Shown here piece by piece: positions 24,555 to 37,985 of a stretch of DNA of 64,000 nt (positions within the stretch are counted from its first letter, which is position 1; each line of letters begins with the position of its first letter). A model generated the notes under the pieces. The model was not told the DNA's origin, did not search any database, and saw only the letters and a list, made by a program, of their open reading frames with translations. Source of the stretch: Octopus sinensis (Eukaryota); NCBI RefSeq assembly GCF_006345805.1, contig NC_043015.1:27776001-27840000 (forward strand), in the 5' to 3' direction. The translations under genes were made by a program, and so were the position numbers.

Positions 24555-25500
24555 TGCAGCTCAAATTGCTTACCTTTCAGTGTGGTTTTCTGTTTGTGGA
24601 AGAGTCAGAAGTCACACTGTGCCAATTCTTGATCAGGATAGCTTGGATTATTTGAATGGAATGAATGGGTGCATTGTCATGATGGAGTTGCCAATTCTTT
24701 GCCTCCCACATGTCTGGTTGCTTTCAACACACAGCATCACAAAAGCAACATATAACCTACAGGTTGTATTCTTTATTAATTGTTTGACCTTGTGGTATGT
24801 ATTCACAATGCACAATATCATGGGAGTCAAAGAAACAAGTCAACATTACCTTTACATTGCTGTGAATCTGACATGCTATTTTGGGGCTTTGGTGAATGAT
24901 GGATGCTTTCATTGAGAAGACTGGAACTTGGTTTCCAGGTCACAGCCATAAACCCATGTCTCATCACTGGTGATGATGGTCTTCATGAAGCCTAGGTGCA
25001 CAACCAACATGTCCTAAGTGATTTCCATAGGAAGTTGCTTCTGCAGCTCTGCCAACACCTTGGGGAGGAATTTCGTTGATGCTCTCTCCTTGCACAAATC
25101 CTCCATTAAAATGGAATGTACTGACCTTAAGCTTATTTCCACTTTTTTAGCAATTTCCTGGATTGTTGCATGATGGTCTTCCAAGACTATTTGCCAAACC
25201 TTCTCAATTGGATCTTTGTTTCAGCTTGTGGATAGCCTGTTTAAACATGCCTCACTCTCTACTGAGGTGTGGTCATATCTGAAGCAGTTCTACTATTCTT
25301 TGATCTGTGTTTTACTCATGGCATCATTGCCAAAAGCCTGCTGAATCTTCTGAATGGGTTGAGCTTGAGTATCACTAAGCTTCTGGCAAAACTTGATGCA
25401 ATATCTCTGCTCAATGCATTCAGTCATCTTGCATGAAAACGAAAATCTAATGGGCATGCACTACACACCTGTACTCTAGGAATAATGGCCTTGAACTGAT
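24555..25500 (-). mobile_element. Mariner (DD34D-type) transposase relic
   Basis: Minus strand reads EQRYCIKFCQKL..(HTH region) and IITSDETWVYGCDLETKFQSSQ; multiple stops. Confidence 0.82.
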
Positions 25501-25611
25501 GCAGCCTACTGGTGTGAAACTTTTCGGTGGCATCATCTCTCACCCAAAGAATTTTACCTAGACATCACTTTTGGGAGGAAAATATAGTCAGATACTTATA
25601 TACACCAGTGC

Positions 25612-25644
<33 letters not shown>

Positions 25645-25645
<1 letters not shown>

Positions 25646-25800
25646 TATATATACACATGGTAGGCTTCTTTTAGTTTCTGTCTCCCAAGTCCACTCAGAA
25701 GCCCTTGGTCAGTCCAAGGGTATACTAAAAGACAAGTTACCATGCAGTGGGACTGAACCCAGAAACATGTAATTGGGAAGCAAGCTTTTTACCACAGAGC
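25645..25800 (-). mobile_element. 5' part of OR-type SINE
   Basis: GGCTTCTTTTAGTTTCTGTCT..CAGTGGGACTGAACCCAGAAACATGT. Confidence 0.7.
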
Positions 25801-26439
25801 CTTGCATCCTGGTCATCCATCCCAAAATGCAAAGTAAACTATAACAGTGTCAGGAGAGTCCCAAACAACTGATAGTAAAAACTGCTACACCACCAGCTAT
25901 GGGATCTGCAAGCAGCAGAAAAAGAAAGAAGTAACTTACTATAAATTCTTAATGGGAGAGACATTGTTTCCACAAGCCAGAACGAATGTATCCCATATAG
26001 AAGATCGATAATATTGAATAAAATACTGCATAGGGATGATGTGACCCTGAAAACCACTGTGAAGGTAACCTGTTGAGAAGAACAGCAGCTCTGAATAAAA
26101 TCTGATAGAATAGTGCCAAAATGACACTTTACTCCTGTTATATAAACTCATTAATGTAGGTAGCACAGTAAAATTCATTTGGTTCAGGTTTTAAAGTAGT
26201 TTGTGACAAGAAGAGTATCCAGTTGGGATTTTAAAAAATAGGCCAGAAATATGACCATCAAATCAATGAAAATCCTTGTGCATACATAACAAACATTTAA
26301 CATAGTGTTGGCCATGATATTAAGGGAGGTAGGATTATTTGGTCATCACGTGACCACACTAACCTCATTATTTTAGTGGCAGAAAATAAACCTGAAATAG
26401 TTTGCCCACCACTGGAAAACCTCATTCTGTCAGGTACAA

Positions 26440-26900
26440 AATTTTAGGGTAACCACCATCAGCATTGCTTAATGAAAGGTCTCGAGCAGTTGTAGAAAAG
26501 CTGAAAAAAAGCAATTAAGTGTGTGATGTGTACAAGAGGTAAGATAGAAGGGATCTCAGCCAGATTTTCCACAGCTAAGGAACACAGGCACAAATTCTTC
26601 TGGGCCAGGTGAGCCAGATGAAGTAGACAAACTGTTAAAGAAATCAATTAAGTAACTGAAGTTATCAGAATATGTGAGGGAATGATGAAACTTCAAGTAG
26701 TCAAGCACAACAGCTAACACTGTATATGCACCACAATCATGAGTGCTAGTTGGACAAAAGGACCATTTATATGTACTGTTACAATGAATGATACTGATCT
26801 CATTACCAAGGGACTTTAATGGTCATGATTGACAATACTATGATAGCCACTCTGATGTACATGGTGCTTATCAATAGAGTACAAGGAATTAAGGAGGATC
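26440..26900 (+). mobile_element. Degenerate RTE APE-endonuclease fragment
   Basis: CVQEVR, HKFFWA, EVIRICEGMMKLQ and GDFNGH-like segments that parallel 28693-29040. Confidence 0.55.
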
Positions 26901-28689
26901 AAGACTCTTGGAGCTCAGTGGTGCAAATAACCATTTGTACCACTAACTTCAGGTCACTAGCCAATCACTAACCAAGATAATCACCAAGGGATAGGATAAA
27001 CATGTAATAGTGAATACCAAGTCCTCTTCAGGGGTGAGTGTACCACTCAACTGTTTAACAATCAGAAACCTCAGCATACAGCATAAAAGACACAAGACAA
27101 CCTGAAGAGGAAAACTAGCAAAAGATCTTTTGACAAGCTGTGGGTTTATTGCTGAAGATTATGGATTGTTATAATATTAAATGAAAATAACCAAAAATGT
27201 GAATAAAGCTGAAAAACAATACAATGCAGGAAATATAAAGAATTAATGCAGGAGGTAAGAAACATGAAAAAGAAGAGGTGGTAGATAAAACATTTGAGCA
27301 GATGAAAATTCAAAGTGGCAAATAAAAAATATATTGCAGGAGATAAAATTGTTCATTTGAAGAAATGTGTTCAAAATAACATGCTGAAAATCTGTTTGAC
27401 ACAAACATAAATAGAATACAATGTATATATGTGTAGATAGAGTTCAAAGCTTCATTGTTAGATGTCATTTTAAAAACATCATGTCTGAATCAATGTGAAA
27501 AGATTCATTAATATGTTGGTGGCTGTTTTGTGTGTGAGTTAAAAGCAACAGAGACAGAAAATCGGGTATGAAAGCACAGTGGTATCATCAACTGCTAATA
27601 AAGCAAAGATGCTTAAGAAAGAAGCATCTACAGAGATATTGAACAGATGGATCAAGTTATGAAAAAAACAGAAAGGCTTGTAGCACAAAATATTAGGGAA
27701 AAAAATTAACTTAAATGACAGAGTTGAGTTTTGTGGCAGGACAGGGTGTCACAATTGCTCTCTTCCTAGAGAGATAAGTACACAAGTTATTAGGTTTGCT
27801 GAAACCAGAGTAAATAGAATTCAGCAATGTAAACCAGTTTTTTGACAAGGGACCATTGAGGTGTACGCATATTGCTTGTGGGAGCCATGCAAGCCATGTT
27901 CAGAGATGAATCAGAAATAAGTCGGTTAGGAATGATTAAGTTGGCCATTTAGCATGTAGGCAGAGCTCTCAGTTGTTTTGTCTTTATTATAATTCACAAA
28001 ACTGTACAAAATATGAATTTAAAACAGACTGTCAACAGAAACTTCTCTCTACTGATAACCAACTAATCACACAGAAAAGCAGTCCTTGAACTTGGAACAT
28101 CTTCTATGGTGGATGTTCCAAGTGTAAGTGAATTTTGAACAATAATTCATCAGGAGAACATCTTATTGCATTATGCTACAGAGATCAGATGTTTGAAGTT
28201 GGACAAATGGCAAGAACTTTTATATGTTGAAAGGGAAATAATGAGAACAAAAGAAAGAGATAGGAAAAAAGAGAAAAAAGGGAAAGAAAATAGGGGTGTA
28301 GTTAAAAAGGAGAGAGAAGGAGGAGGGGATGAAAAGTGAATAAAAGGAAACAGGCAGTGCAAAGGTGTGTTTTGGCTCATAGGACTGGCATCCATTTAAA
28401 GCTGCTTTAAGTGGATGCCAGTCCTATGATTGTTTTAGAAACTGTGTATTGAAAACAGATATACACGTGCATAAATACCAACATACAAATTAAAATATGA
28501 AACTAGGAAATAGTCATGAGCTTACATTTGGTGGTGGTTGGGTAATATTTAAATATAAATAAATAAACAAATAAATGTACATAAGCAGCACAACATATCT
28601 ACTCATCGATCAAGGTAGATCTAAAGACAAAGATACCTATACATAGACATACACTTATATATACGTACATAATTTTTATATATATAACG

Positions 28690-31335
28690 GAGATGATGCT
28701 TGAACAGAGATGTGTTGATATATGTTGCATCCAAGAAGTGAGGTGGAGAGGAGGTTCTGCTAGGTTCCTCACAGGCAAAGGACACAGGTACAAGGTTTTC
28801 TGGGCAGGGAACACTGACGGGTTTGGGGGCATGTGTATACTTCTCACTGAAAAATGGGTAGATAAGGTAATTGAGGTAATCAGAGTATGTGACAGAATAC
28901 TTAAGATTAGATTAGTGCTTCATCACGGATTAGCAACCATTATATCAGCCTATGCCCCTCAACCAGGGCTACCCGATGGACAGAAAGACCGTTTCTATGA
29001 CACCCTACTGCAGACTACCTCATTGACGAACGAGGTTTGAAGACGCCACTATGAAAGTTTGCTAAACAAAGAAAATGAATGGGAGAAAGAGAGTCTGCCG
29101 ATTGTTGACCCAACAGAGGGACCAGCTATCCGAGTTGACAGTACCTTGGTAGTTAAAGCAATTAAGAGTATGAAGGCAGGGAAAACCCCCAGCCCATCAG
29201 GAATCACTGCAGAGATGCTCAAAATATCTGGCAGTGTCGGCTATAACCTAGTTACCCGTATAGTTAACCAGGTGATACATGAAGGACTGGTGTTGCAGCA
29301 TAATAGTCAACTGCTACAAAGGTAAAGGTGACGCTCTAGATACAAATAATTACAAAGGTATCAAATTGCTGGATCAAGTAATGAAGGTCATGGAGAGGGT
29401 CATAGCCCAACTAATTAGAGAGAGAGTTAGTTTAGATGAGATGCAGTTTGGGTTCATGCCAGGGAAAAGTACAACTGATGCTATATTCCTGGTAAGACAG
29501 CTGCAGGAGAAATACCTAGCCAAAGATAAGCCCCTGTACCTGGCTTTTGTTGACATGGAGAAAGCCTTTGACAGGGTCCCCCGATCCCTTATCTGGTGGT
29601 CAATGTGGAAACTCGGGTTAGATGAATGGCTAGTGAGAGCTGTGCGAGCCATGTACAGGGATGCTGTTAGTAAGGTGAGGGTTGGCAACGAGTACAGTGA
29701 AGAATTCTGGGTAGAGGTAGGAGTCCACCAAGGTTCAGTCCTCAGCCCCCTTCTATTTATCATAGTCCTCCAGGCAATAATGGAGGAATTCAAGACAGGA
29801 TGCCCCTGGTAGCTCCTCTATGCTGATGACCTTGCTCTAATTGCTGAGTCAGTATCAGAACTGGAGGAGAAGTTTCAGGTGTGGAAGCAAGGATTAGAAT
29901 TGAAGGGCCTTAGAGTCAACCTAGCTAAAACCAAAGTCCTAATAAGTAGGAAGGTAGACAAATCACAAACGTCTTAAGATAGATGGCCCTGCTCGATCTG
30001 TAGAAAAGGCGTTGGTAGAAACTCTATAAGATGCACCAAGTGTAAGCTATGGACACATAAGAGGTGCAGCAATGTCAAAGGAAGTCTAATTAGGAAGATA
30101 GTTTTTGTATGTGGCAGATGCTCAGGAGCAATAAACACTGAAAATGCGCAGAAACCAACTTCCGCCACATCCCAGGGAGAAAAACTAGAAATGGTTGATA
30201 GCTTCCATTACCTAGGTGACCAAGTCAGTAGCGGGGACAGGTGTGCTGAAAGTGTAACTGCTAGGGTAAGAATAGCCTGGGCAAAGTTCAGAGAGCTCTT
30301 ACCTCTGCTGGTGACAAAAAGCCTCTCGCTCAGAGTAAAAGGCAGACTGTATGACGCATGTGTATGAACAGCCATGCTACATGGCAGTGAAACATGGGCC
30401 ATGACTGCTGAGGATATGTGTAAGCTCTCAAGAAATGAAGCCAGTATGCTCCGATGGATGTGTAATGTCAGTGTTCATACTCGACAGAGTGTAAGTACCT
30501 TGAGAGAAATGTTGGACCTAAGAAGCATCAGTTGCGGTGTGCAAGAGAGATGTTTGCACTGGTATGGCCATGTGGTGAGAATGGATGAAGATAGTTGTGT
30601 GAAAAAGTGCCTCACCCTAGCAGTTGAGTGAACCTGTGGAAGAAAACCTGGGACGAGGTGGTTATGCACAACCTTCGAACTTTAGGGCTCACTGAGGAAA
30701 TGACTAGAGACCGAGACCTTTGGAAGTATGCTGTGCATGAGAAGACCCGGCAGGACAAGTGAGACCATAACCCGTGGCCTCTACCTGGGATGCAGCCAGT
30801 CCACTTATGCATACCTTTCCTTCTTGGGACACAAAACTCTACTTGTGAAGACCTGTTGAGACAAGTGAAAATCAAAATCGAAATCGATCAACATCAATGG
30901 AAATTGTAGCTGTGATACCAGTGCCGGTGGCATGTAAGAGAACCATCTGATCATGGCCGTTGCCAGCCTTGCTTGGCCTCTGTGCCGGTGACACGTAAAA
31001 AGCACCATCCGATCATGGCCGTTTGCCAGCCTCATCTGGCACGTAAAAAGCACCATCCGAATGTGGCCGATGACAGCACCGCTTTGACCAGCTTGCGTGC
31101 CGGTGGCACGTAAAAAGCACTATCCGATCATGGCCGTTTGCCAGCCTCGTCTGGCACGTAAAAAGCACCCACTACACTCACAGAGTGGTTGGCGTTAGGA
31201 AGGGCATCCAGCCATAGAAATACTGCCAGATCAGACTGGGCCTGGTGCAGCCTTCTGGCTTCCCAGACCCCTGTTGAACCATCCAACCCATGCTAGCATG
31301 GAAAGCGACGTTAAACGATGATGATGATGATGATG

Positions 31336-31337
<2 letters not shown>
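28690..31337 (+). mobile_element. RTE-clade LINE, internally deleted: APE fragment, RT, PHD-like finger, OK-like 3' UTR, (GAT)n tail
   Basis: CCIQEVRW, AYAPQ, then a deletion at about 29035; FVDMEKAFDRV, GVHQGSVLSPLLF, YADD (about 29820); scattered stops. Confidence 0.93.
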
Positions 31338-31413
<76 letters not shown>

Positions 31414-31479
31414 GCACACACACATACACACATATATATATTATATATATATATATGTATCATATTAATATTTTATAGT

Positions 31480-31895
31480 TATCGCCATACTAATATGGCA
31501 TTCTTATAAAAATAAGAAAAAAGCTGTCCGCTTATTAGCTCCATGAGGCCATCGCCTTAAGTTAGCTATTTGATACACAAACTGTATCCATATAACCTTC
31601 GAACAAGGGAGGTCAGTCGCTCCACACTACTTGACCGGCAGCTACAGACGCGTTTCGGGGTAATCGTAATGGAATAAGGGATCCACATGGTAATGCAATA
31701 AAAATGGTAAATAATTTTTCTGTGGTTTTTCATGTAACCAACAATTATTTACCGGTAAATTTCGGTATGTAAATACGACAAATTCATCGTCAGGAACTTT
31801 GTAAGGTTCAGTATATAGTAAAGCAAATAAAAGGGCTAGCAGCAGGCTGCTTCGCCTCATACCGAAGGAATTAGAAATGGCAGTCAAAGACTGTT
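31480..31895 (-). mobile_element. Unclassified repeat, possibly a PLE terminus with hammerhead half-motifs
   Basis: Minus strand GAAACGCGUC (about 31640-31650) and CUGACGA...GAAAUUUACCGGUAAAUA (31793-31746); stems incomplete. Confidence 0.35.
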
Positions 31896-32040
31896 TTATA
31901 TTCATATGTACTTACACACATATATACAAATATACATATGTGCTTACAAATATGCACACACATACATGAATGTACATAAAGAAGTACAGAAATGCAATAT
32001 GTTTCATACACGCACGCACACACACGCGCGCGCACGCATC

Positions 32041-32790
32041 CAGGGGTTGGACAAAATAATAGAAACACATAGCATCATAACATCATAATTTTGAAATATC
32101 TATAAAACCATCAAAAGCTTGTTTATTTTTATGCTTTTTGATTTATTATTAGTTTTGCTTAATATGTTTTGCTAAAATTGCTGTTTCTTTTCAGATATCA
32201 TCAGGAAAAGGCAATTAAAATTCATTAAAATGATAGGTCTATCGGGTTTTCAAAGAGGTCAAATGGGGCTAGCATAATGAAAACAGCCGAAATGTTTGGT
32301 GTATCAACAAGTACTGCTTCAAAAGTAATGACAGCCTTTGAGAAAGAGGGAAATACCTCCTCATACAAAACTCTGGAAGAAAACCAACACTTTCAGATAG
32401 GGACTGTCGGACTCTTATGCAAATTGTTAGAAAGGATCACAAAAGTACAGCTCCCAAAATTACTGCAGAGCTCAATGACCACCTCAAAAACCCAGTTTTC
32501 ACAAAAACTGTTCACTGGCAACTGCACAAAACCAGATTTCAAGGGAGGGTAGCAATCAGAAATCCAATACTTTCAAAAACAAACGTTGCAAAACGTTTAG
32601 AGTAGAGTAAAAACCTATAGAATTAGTCCCTAGAGCAGTGGAAGAATGCTATTTTCTCGGAAAAGTCATCCTTTACCTTATTTCCGACCACCAACCGAGT
32701 ATACATGTGGAGTCAGCCAAAAGAAGCATTTGATCCAACTGTTAAACATGGAGGAGGATATGTGATGTCTGGAAACCTCGTGACATAGAT
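32041..32790 (+). mobile_element. 5' part of Tc1-family DNA transposon
   Basis: TIR-like CAGGGGTTGGACAAAATAATAGAAACAC; TAEMFGVS, KITAELN, WKNAIFSEKSSF, TVKHGGG; 3' TIR not found. Confidence 0.8.
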
Positions 32791-33890
32791 TATTGAAAAC
32801 TCGATAATACGGCCCCTGAAGAGACCTTTATATCTGTCTAATATAACTAATTTATTTTTAAAACACCCAAGGGAAAAATAAGTTACACCACCTACAGAAT
32901 ATTTTTTTAAACACTCAAGGGAAATAAACCTTTTCATTGCTAATGTTCGATTGCTTTGAACCAACGATCAGCCGACCTAATTCTACATTTCACTACTCAC
33001 AGTTTTGAACTGCTAAACATTATTATTGCACTTCTTTAATTTGAATCTCTTCATTCATACATACTTCTTTGAATGCCCATTACTCCGATAATTTTGCATT
33101 TTTACAGTTACACTTTCTCCGTGACAGAAGATAAATTTTTTTTTCCACAACGTATTTGTAGTGGCTTCATGTAGGCATAGTGTGGATTCGATCCTCGATT
33201 GTCAAATTTCACTTAACACTTCAACAATAGTTTTTCTATGAATGACAGCAGTTATACATTTCCCAGATGCCTACGTTAAGCAGAATAATATCTTTGCCAC
33301 TTGAGCCTTCTAACTTCTTCTAGGCCACCAGGGGCTGGAATGGAGATAACAGACCTCCAACGAAATCATTTGTTCTCAACAATATATCTATCCTTCTGGC
33401 TGCTTTTTGATAGTTATAAAAACAAGAACTTCGTAAGCTAAACGCAGTTACTGACAGTTATTATTGCACTTTCTTCTAACACTTCATTCATATATTTCTA
33501 TACATATATACTACAATCATATATTGCCTTTAATAAATTATCCTTCATAAAGTTCACCTTTAAAATGCCACGACGAGTCAGAGTATGACTGGATGCTTCT
33601 ACTTTACAACCTGCTCTAATGCGACAACGGCGACCTCAAGTAAGTCTCCGATTCATTATGTTTCATATTTACAAAATAAAACAATTATTCTTCATCTATT
33701 CTAATTCAATATCTAAACAGTTATATACATATTGCTGTAATTAATTTACACATTGCATTTTTTCAACATCTTCAAATAACTAAATGCTGTAACTAAATGC
33801 ATGCAGTGTTTTCAATTAAATTTCATTACATTATGAACGTCCGTAACTCCGACGTCGAACATACAAGTCAGTTGATACTGTGCTCCACAC
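32790..33890 (-). mobile_element. Unclassified degenerate DNA-transposon relic (possibly Mutator/FAR1-like)
   Basis: Only a weak RIRAGCKVEA-like segment at about 33600. Confidence 0.25.
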
Positions 33891-33939
33891 CAATGATGCT
33901 GTTCATTACACACACACACATATATATATATACATACAT

Positions 33940-34019
<80 letters not shown>

Positions 34020-34028
34020 AATATATAC

Positions 34029-34059
<31 letters not shown>

Positions 34060-34309
34060 CCACATATGAACTTTAGTACTCATCTCCATTTTGGATGAGA
34101 ATACATTAACTTACATAAGACTGTTTGGGATTTCGAAATAAATATACTTATCATGGGAGGTAACTTATAAAGAAGTCTTAATGTTTGTCTCCCTTTGTAT
34201 TAGCACTGGATTTTTGCAAATAACTGAGTTCACTATGATTTGATTAATTTCTTAATTATCTCATGTGAAAATGGTCCTGCACGTTCGAATTTATAAATAT
34301 ATATATATA

Positions 34310-34645
34310 GACTGCGGCCATGCTGGAGCACCGCCTTTAACCGAGCAAATCGACTCCAGGACTCATTGTAAGCCTAGTATTTATTCTATCGGTCTCTTTT
34401 GCCGAACCGCTAAGTTACGGGGACGTAAACACACCACCATCGGTTGTCAAGCGATGTTGGGTGACAAACACAGACACACAAACACATATACATATACATA
34501 TATACGATGGGCTTCTTTCAGTTTCTGCCTACCAAATCCATTCAAAATACTTTAGTCGGCTCGAGGCTATAGTAGAAGACGTTTGCCCAAGGTGCCACGC
34601 AGTGGGAATGAACCTAGAACCATGTGGCTGGTAAGCAAGCCACTT
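34310..34645 (-). mobile_element. OR-type tRNA-derived SINE, near full length
   Basis: Reverse complement of the 17908-18326 copy. Confidence 0.92.
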
Positions 34646-34705
34646 ACCACACAGCCACACACACACACATACATACATACATACATACATACATACATAC
34701 ATACA

Positions 34706-34775
<70 letters not shown>

Positions 34776-35033
34776 ATGAAATGGATAAATGAATTAACAT
34801 TAACATTAGTTATACAGAATATATTCACACCCTTTGGTTTTCAGTATTTCTTCCCCTACCAGGTTTGACCGCAGTTTGACCTCGATTTATTCCAACGGAC
34901 GTTTTCGTCGGCCTCCACCACCCCCTGACGTCAACGCACATTGAGAGACAGTTTTGTGCCATTCCATGGGCTCCTAAGGAGCGTTTTGTTCGAATAGCTT
35001 GATGCGCATTTGTTTGGAGATTTAAATTCCTGG

Positions 35034-35119
35034 ATTTTCCTGAAGAGAAAGCTGCAAAATGGTCTCCTTATTCAATCCGAATTTGGAAATTTGCGGCCTT
35101 TGAAACATGTGTAGAAAAT
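35034..35119 (+). ncRNA. Type I hammerhead ribozyme motif (slightly decayed), probably in a PLE terminal repeat at about 34790-35175
   Basis: Stem I AUUUUC/GAAAAU; CUGAAGA 35040-35046; 12-position stem II 35047-35058 with 35090-35101; GAAA; AC-AUGU-GU; GUA triplet. Confidence 0.75.
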
Positions 35120-35181
35120 AATAAAAGGAATTCTGTAGAATCTTCGTTCAGCTCCATTTCTTCCCTTCACTAAATATATAT

Positions 35182-35226
<45 letters not shown>

Positions 35227-35893
35227 CTTATTTATAATCCACTGATGAAATCTAGAGATTCCCAGCATAGACGACTTTGTAGTGCTCAAAAGATTCAAAC
35301 TCCCATTTCTTTACAGAGGATCAATTCCGCGGATAAAGAATAGCTATAAGAGGGGTCAAGTTCAGTGTATATAGAAGCAATTATGCAGTTAAACGAATTA
35401 GATACGTTGAATATAATGCTTCGGCTATGAAATACAAAATACGTATATACATACTAACAGAAAGAAAGCAAAGAGTGGAGACATTCAGACGATGAGTATT
35501 TAAATATAAATATATAGATATTTATATTGATAGATCCAACTAATGCAGTACAAATGACAGAGAAAATTAAAGGGGTGGAATAACGGTGTTATAAGTCTAA
35601 CAGCTGCTTCTGGAGGTTGTGAGATCCATCATAACGCTAGATGTAGTTCATCACAATATGCGACCGTAATGGAAGCAATCAATATTGGATAAGACGAGCC
35701 TCAGTCATCAAGGTAGAAAAGATCTTACAGTTCAGACCTTAATGCAGAGAAGTTCAAAGTTCATAATTGCCTACACACACACACACATATATATATACAT
35801 ACATACACACACACACATATATATACATACACACAAACATATACATACATATATGTATATATGTATATATATATAATATATATATATATATAC

Positions 35894-35948
<55 letters not shown>

Positions 35949-35960
35949 ATATATATTATA

Positions 35961-36015
<55 letters not shown>

Positions 36016-36029
36016 ATAGATGGATAGAC

Positions 36030-36112
<83 letters not shown>

Positions 36113-36199
36113 CGGAAAGACACACACACACACATACACCTATGCAAAATACACACACAGACACACGCACATATATACACGTATATGCATATACACGCC

Positions 36200-36420
36200 C
36201 GCATCATGCGTTTTATGCATTTTGATCATGTTTGAGTATGTGCACATAATTATGAGATTTCACCGAATTTTGAAGTCAGACTTGGTCCATGGAGTTGTAA
36301 GTTCATCTGCGTATGGTCTTTCTGTGAATCATGTGATGTCATGAATATGTGCTATGCGCTTATATCTGTGTAGTAAAGAAATTCAGCATAAGTTTGTGAG
36401 AGTATATATCTTTAATGCAA
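36200..36420 (-). mobile_element. Degenerate GIY-YIG-like fragment of a Penelope-like element, inverted relative to 36700-37450
   Basis: Minus strand resembles K.R..H..SF..RPYA.ELT..W.K...I.W; weak. Confidence 0.4.
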
Positions 36421-36699
36421 GATATACATAAAATGTACATATAATCGATGTCCAAAAGAAACTTATCAGGTTGGGGGGAGGGGGTAAAGTTTGAGGGTTA
36501 TGTTTGAAATTTCAAAGTATGAATTTCTGATTGTGCATGCAAGGGGAGAAAATTTCCTCCTTAATATTCAAAACGTTCAGTGTTGATATGATATTTAGTT
36601 TTGCCGTACTACAGAGCTCGTGTTTGCTGCCCCATCCCTTATATTTGCTGGCCTTAGTATGGTATTCCAGTTTATATGACTATATAACAGTGCAGTCAT

Positions 36700-37450
36700 T
36701 GAATAGTTCAAGAAAATTGAAGATATGATCAAATGCAAATTCACCTAGTTTGACATAGTATAATTTTACCCCTCGATCTCCAAAAGTCTGCTCCAAAAGG
36801 CATTAGAGTTTAATAAAACATACACAACCATCACTAATGACGCAAGAATGTTACTACATTTTCATGATAATTCTTACTGGTTGAAAAAGAATGGGGATGA
36901 ACTATTTGGGGAGCTATGATTGTGCAGAGACAGCAGATCTGGTTGGCCTATTGTTATAAGAGTTAAAAGATGTCGACATATGTAAGGACGACAGTCTAGG
37001 AATAACACAATAAAATGGACAGTTATTTGAAGTTAATTGCCAAGATGTTAATATTTGCACAGGCAAATTTAAACCCTATCATAAACCAAATGACCCCTAA
37101 CCACTCACCATCAGTAATCAAACAGTTAGTTAACAGTATTAGTGAGTGTGTTTCTAACCTATCCGCTGATGAAGCTACTTTCAAAAAGGTGGCCTTATAT
37201 TACAATGCTGCAGTAGAAAGGTTCAATTTTGAGACTAGCAGAACTTATCTTGAACCAAATGCAGATAGACTAAGAAGACGTAAACAGAGGAAAATATTAT
37301 GGTACAATCCCCCATATAGCATGAATGTAGCCACTAATATAACTAAAAAATTCCTGAAACTGACAGTGAGCAACTACCTTCATTCACATATATACCGCAA
37401 AATCTTCAATAAAAAGACAATAAAAAATACCAAGTTACATTAAAATAATG
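36700..37450 (+). mobile_element. Penelope-like element RT fragment
   Basis: GSYDCAETADLVGL, KDD, NHSPSVIKQL, RKILWYNPPYSMNVATNI, YRKIFNKKTIK. Confidence 0.85.
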
Positions 37451-37894
37451 AATCAGAATATGATAGTAATGCACAAAGTTGATATAAACAAGTTATTTGG
37501 TGGTAATGGTCAAGAATTTCGAAGAATGTCTACAAACACTCAGAAACAAAGATTTTGGGCTCAATGCTATTTATCTTTGTGACAAGGACAACCGATATCA
37601 TATAGAATTTCGGTACGATCCATGCCTGCATGGTCAAGTTTTCTCCAAAATAGACCAGAGTATGTTAAAAGAGGGTGGTTCAATCAGCTTCTGTTAATTG
37701 TGATACGTGTTTATATAAATTCCTTGGCGATTTGTTTCCTGGTTAATTGAAAGAATTCTTGTGTAAATAAGGTATGTTGAGTATCGTGGAAGAAGACCCA
37801 GTGAGACACTTGACAACAGGTTGTTGTCCACTTTTACAGAATCAGCCGAAACAAGTGAAATCGAGAGCTCTGTGATGTGAAATATACAAACTGT

Positions 37895-37953
37895 CAATAA
37901 TAATAGCGATAATAATAATAATAATAACGACGACGATAATCATGATCATGATG

Positions 37954-37985
<32 letters not shown>
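37895..37985 (+). repeat. (AAT)n-based microsatellite
   Basis: Read directly. Confidence 0.9.

Noticed and set aside
30920-31175. Repeat-spacer pattern resembling a CRISPR array
   Set aside because: Eukaryotic context, inside an RTE 3' UTR, spacers related to one another, no cas genes
12811-31337. Inverted pair of similar RTE copies as a dsRNA source
   Set aside because: About 15 kb apart with no evidence they are co-transcribed; expected by chance at this repeat density
35242-35345. CTGATGA-AATCT...AGATT-CAAAC, a possible second hammerhead; also a decayed one at about 35595-35640 minus
   Set aside because: GAAA is missing or mutated and stem I cannot be formed
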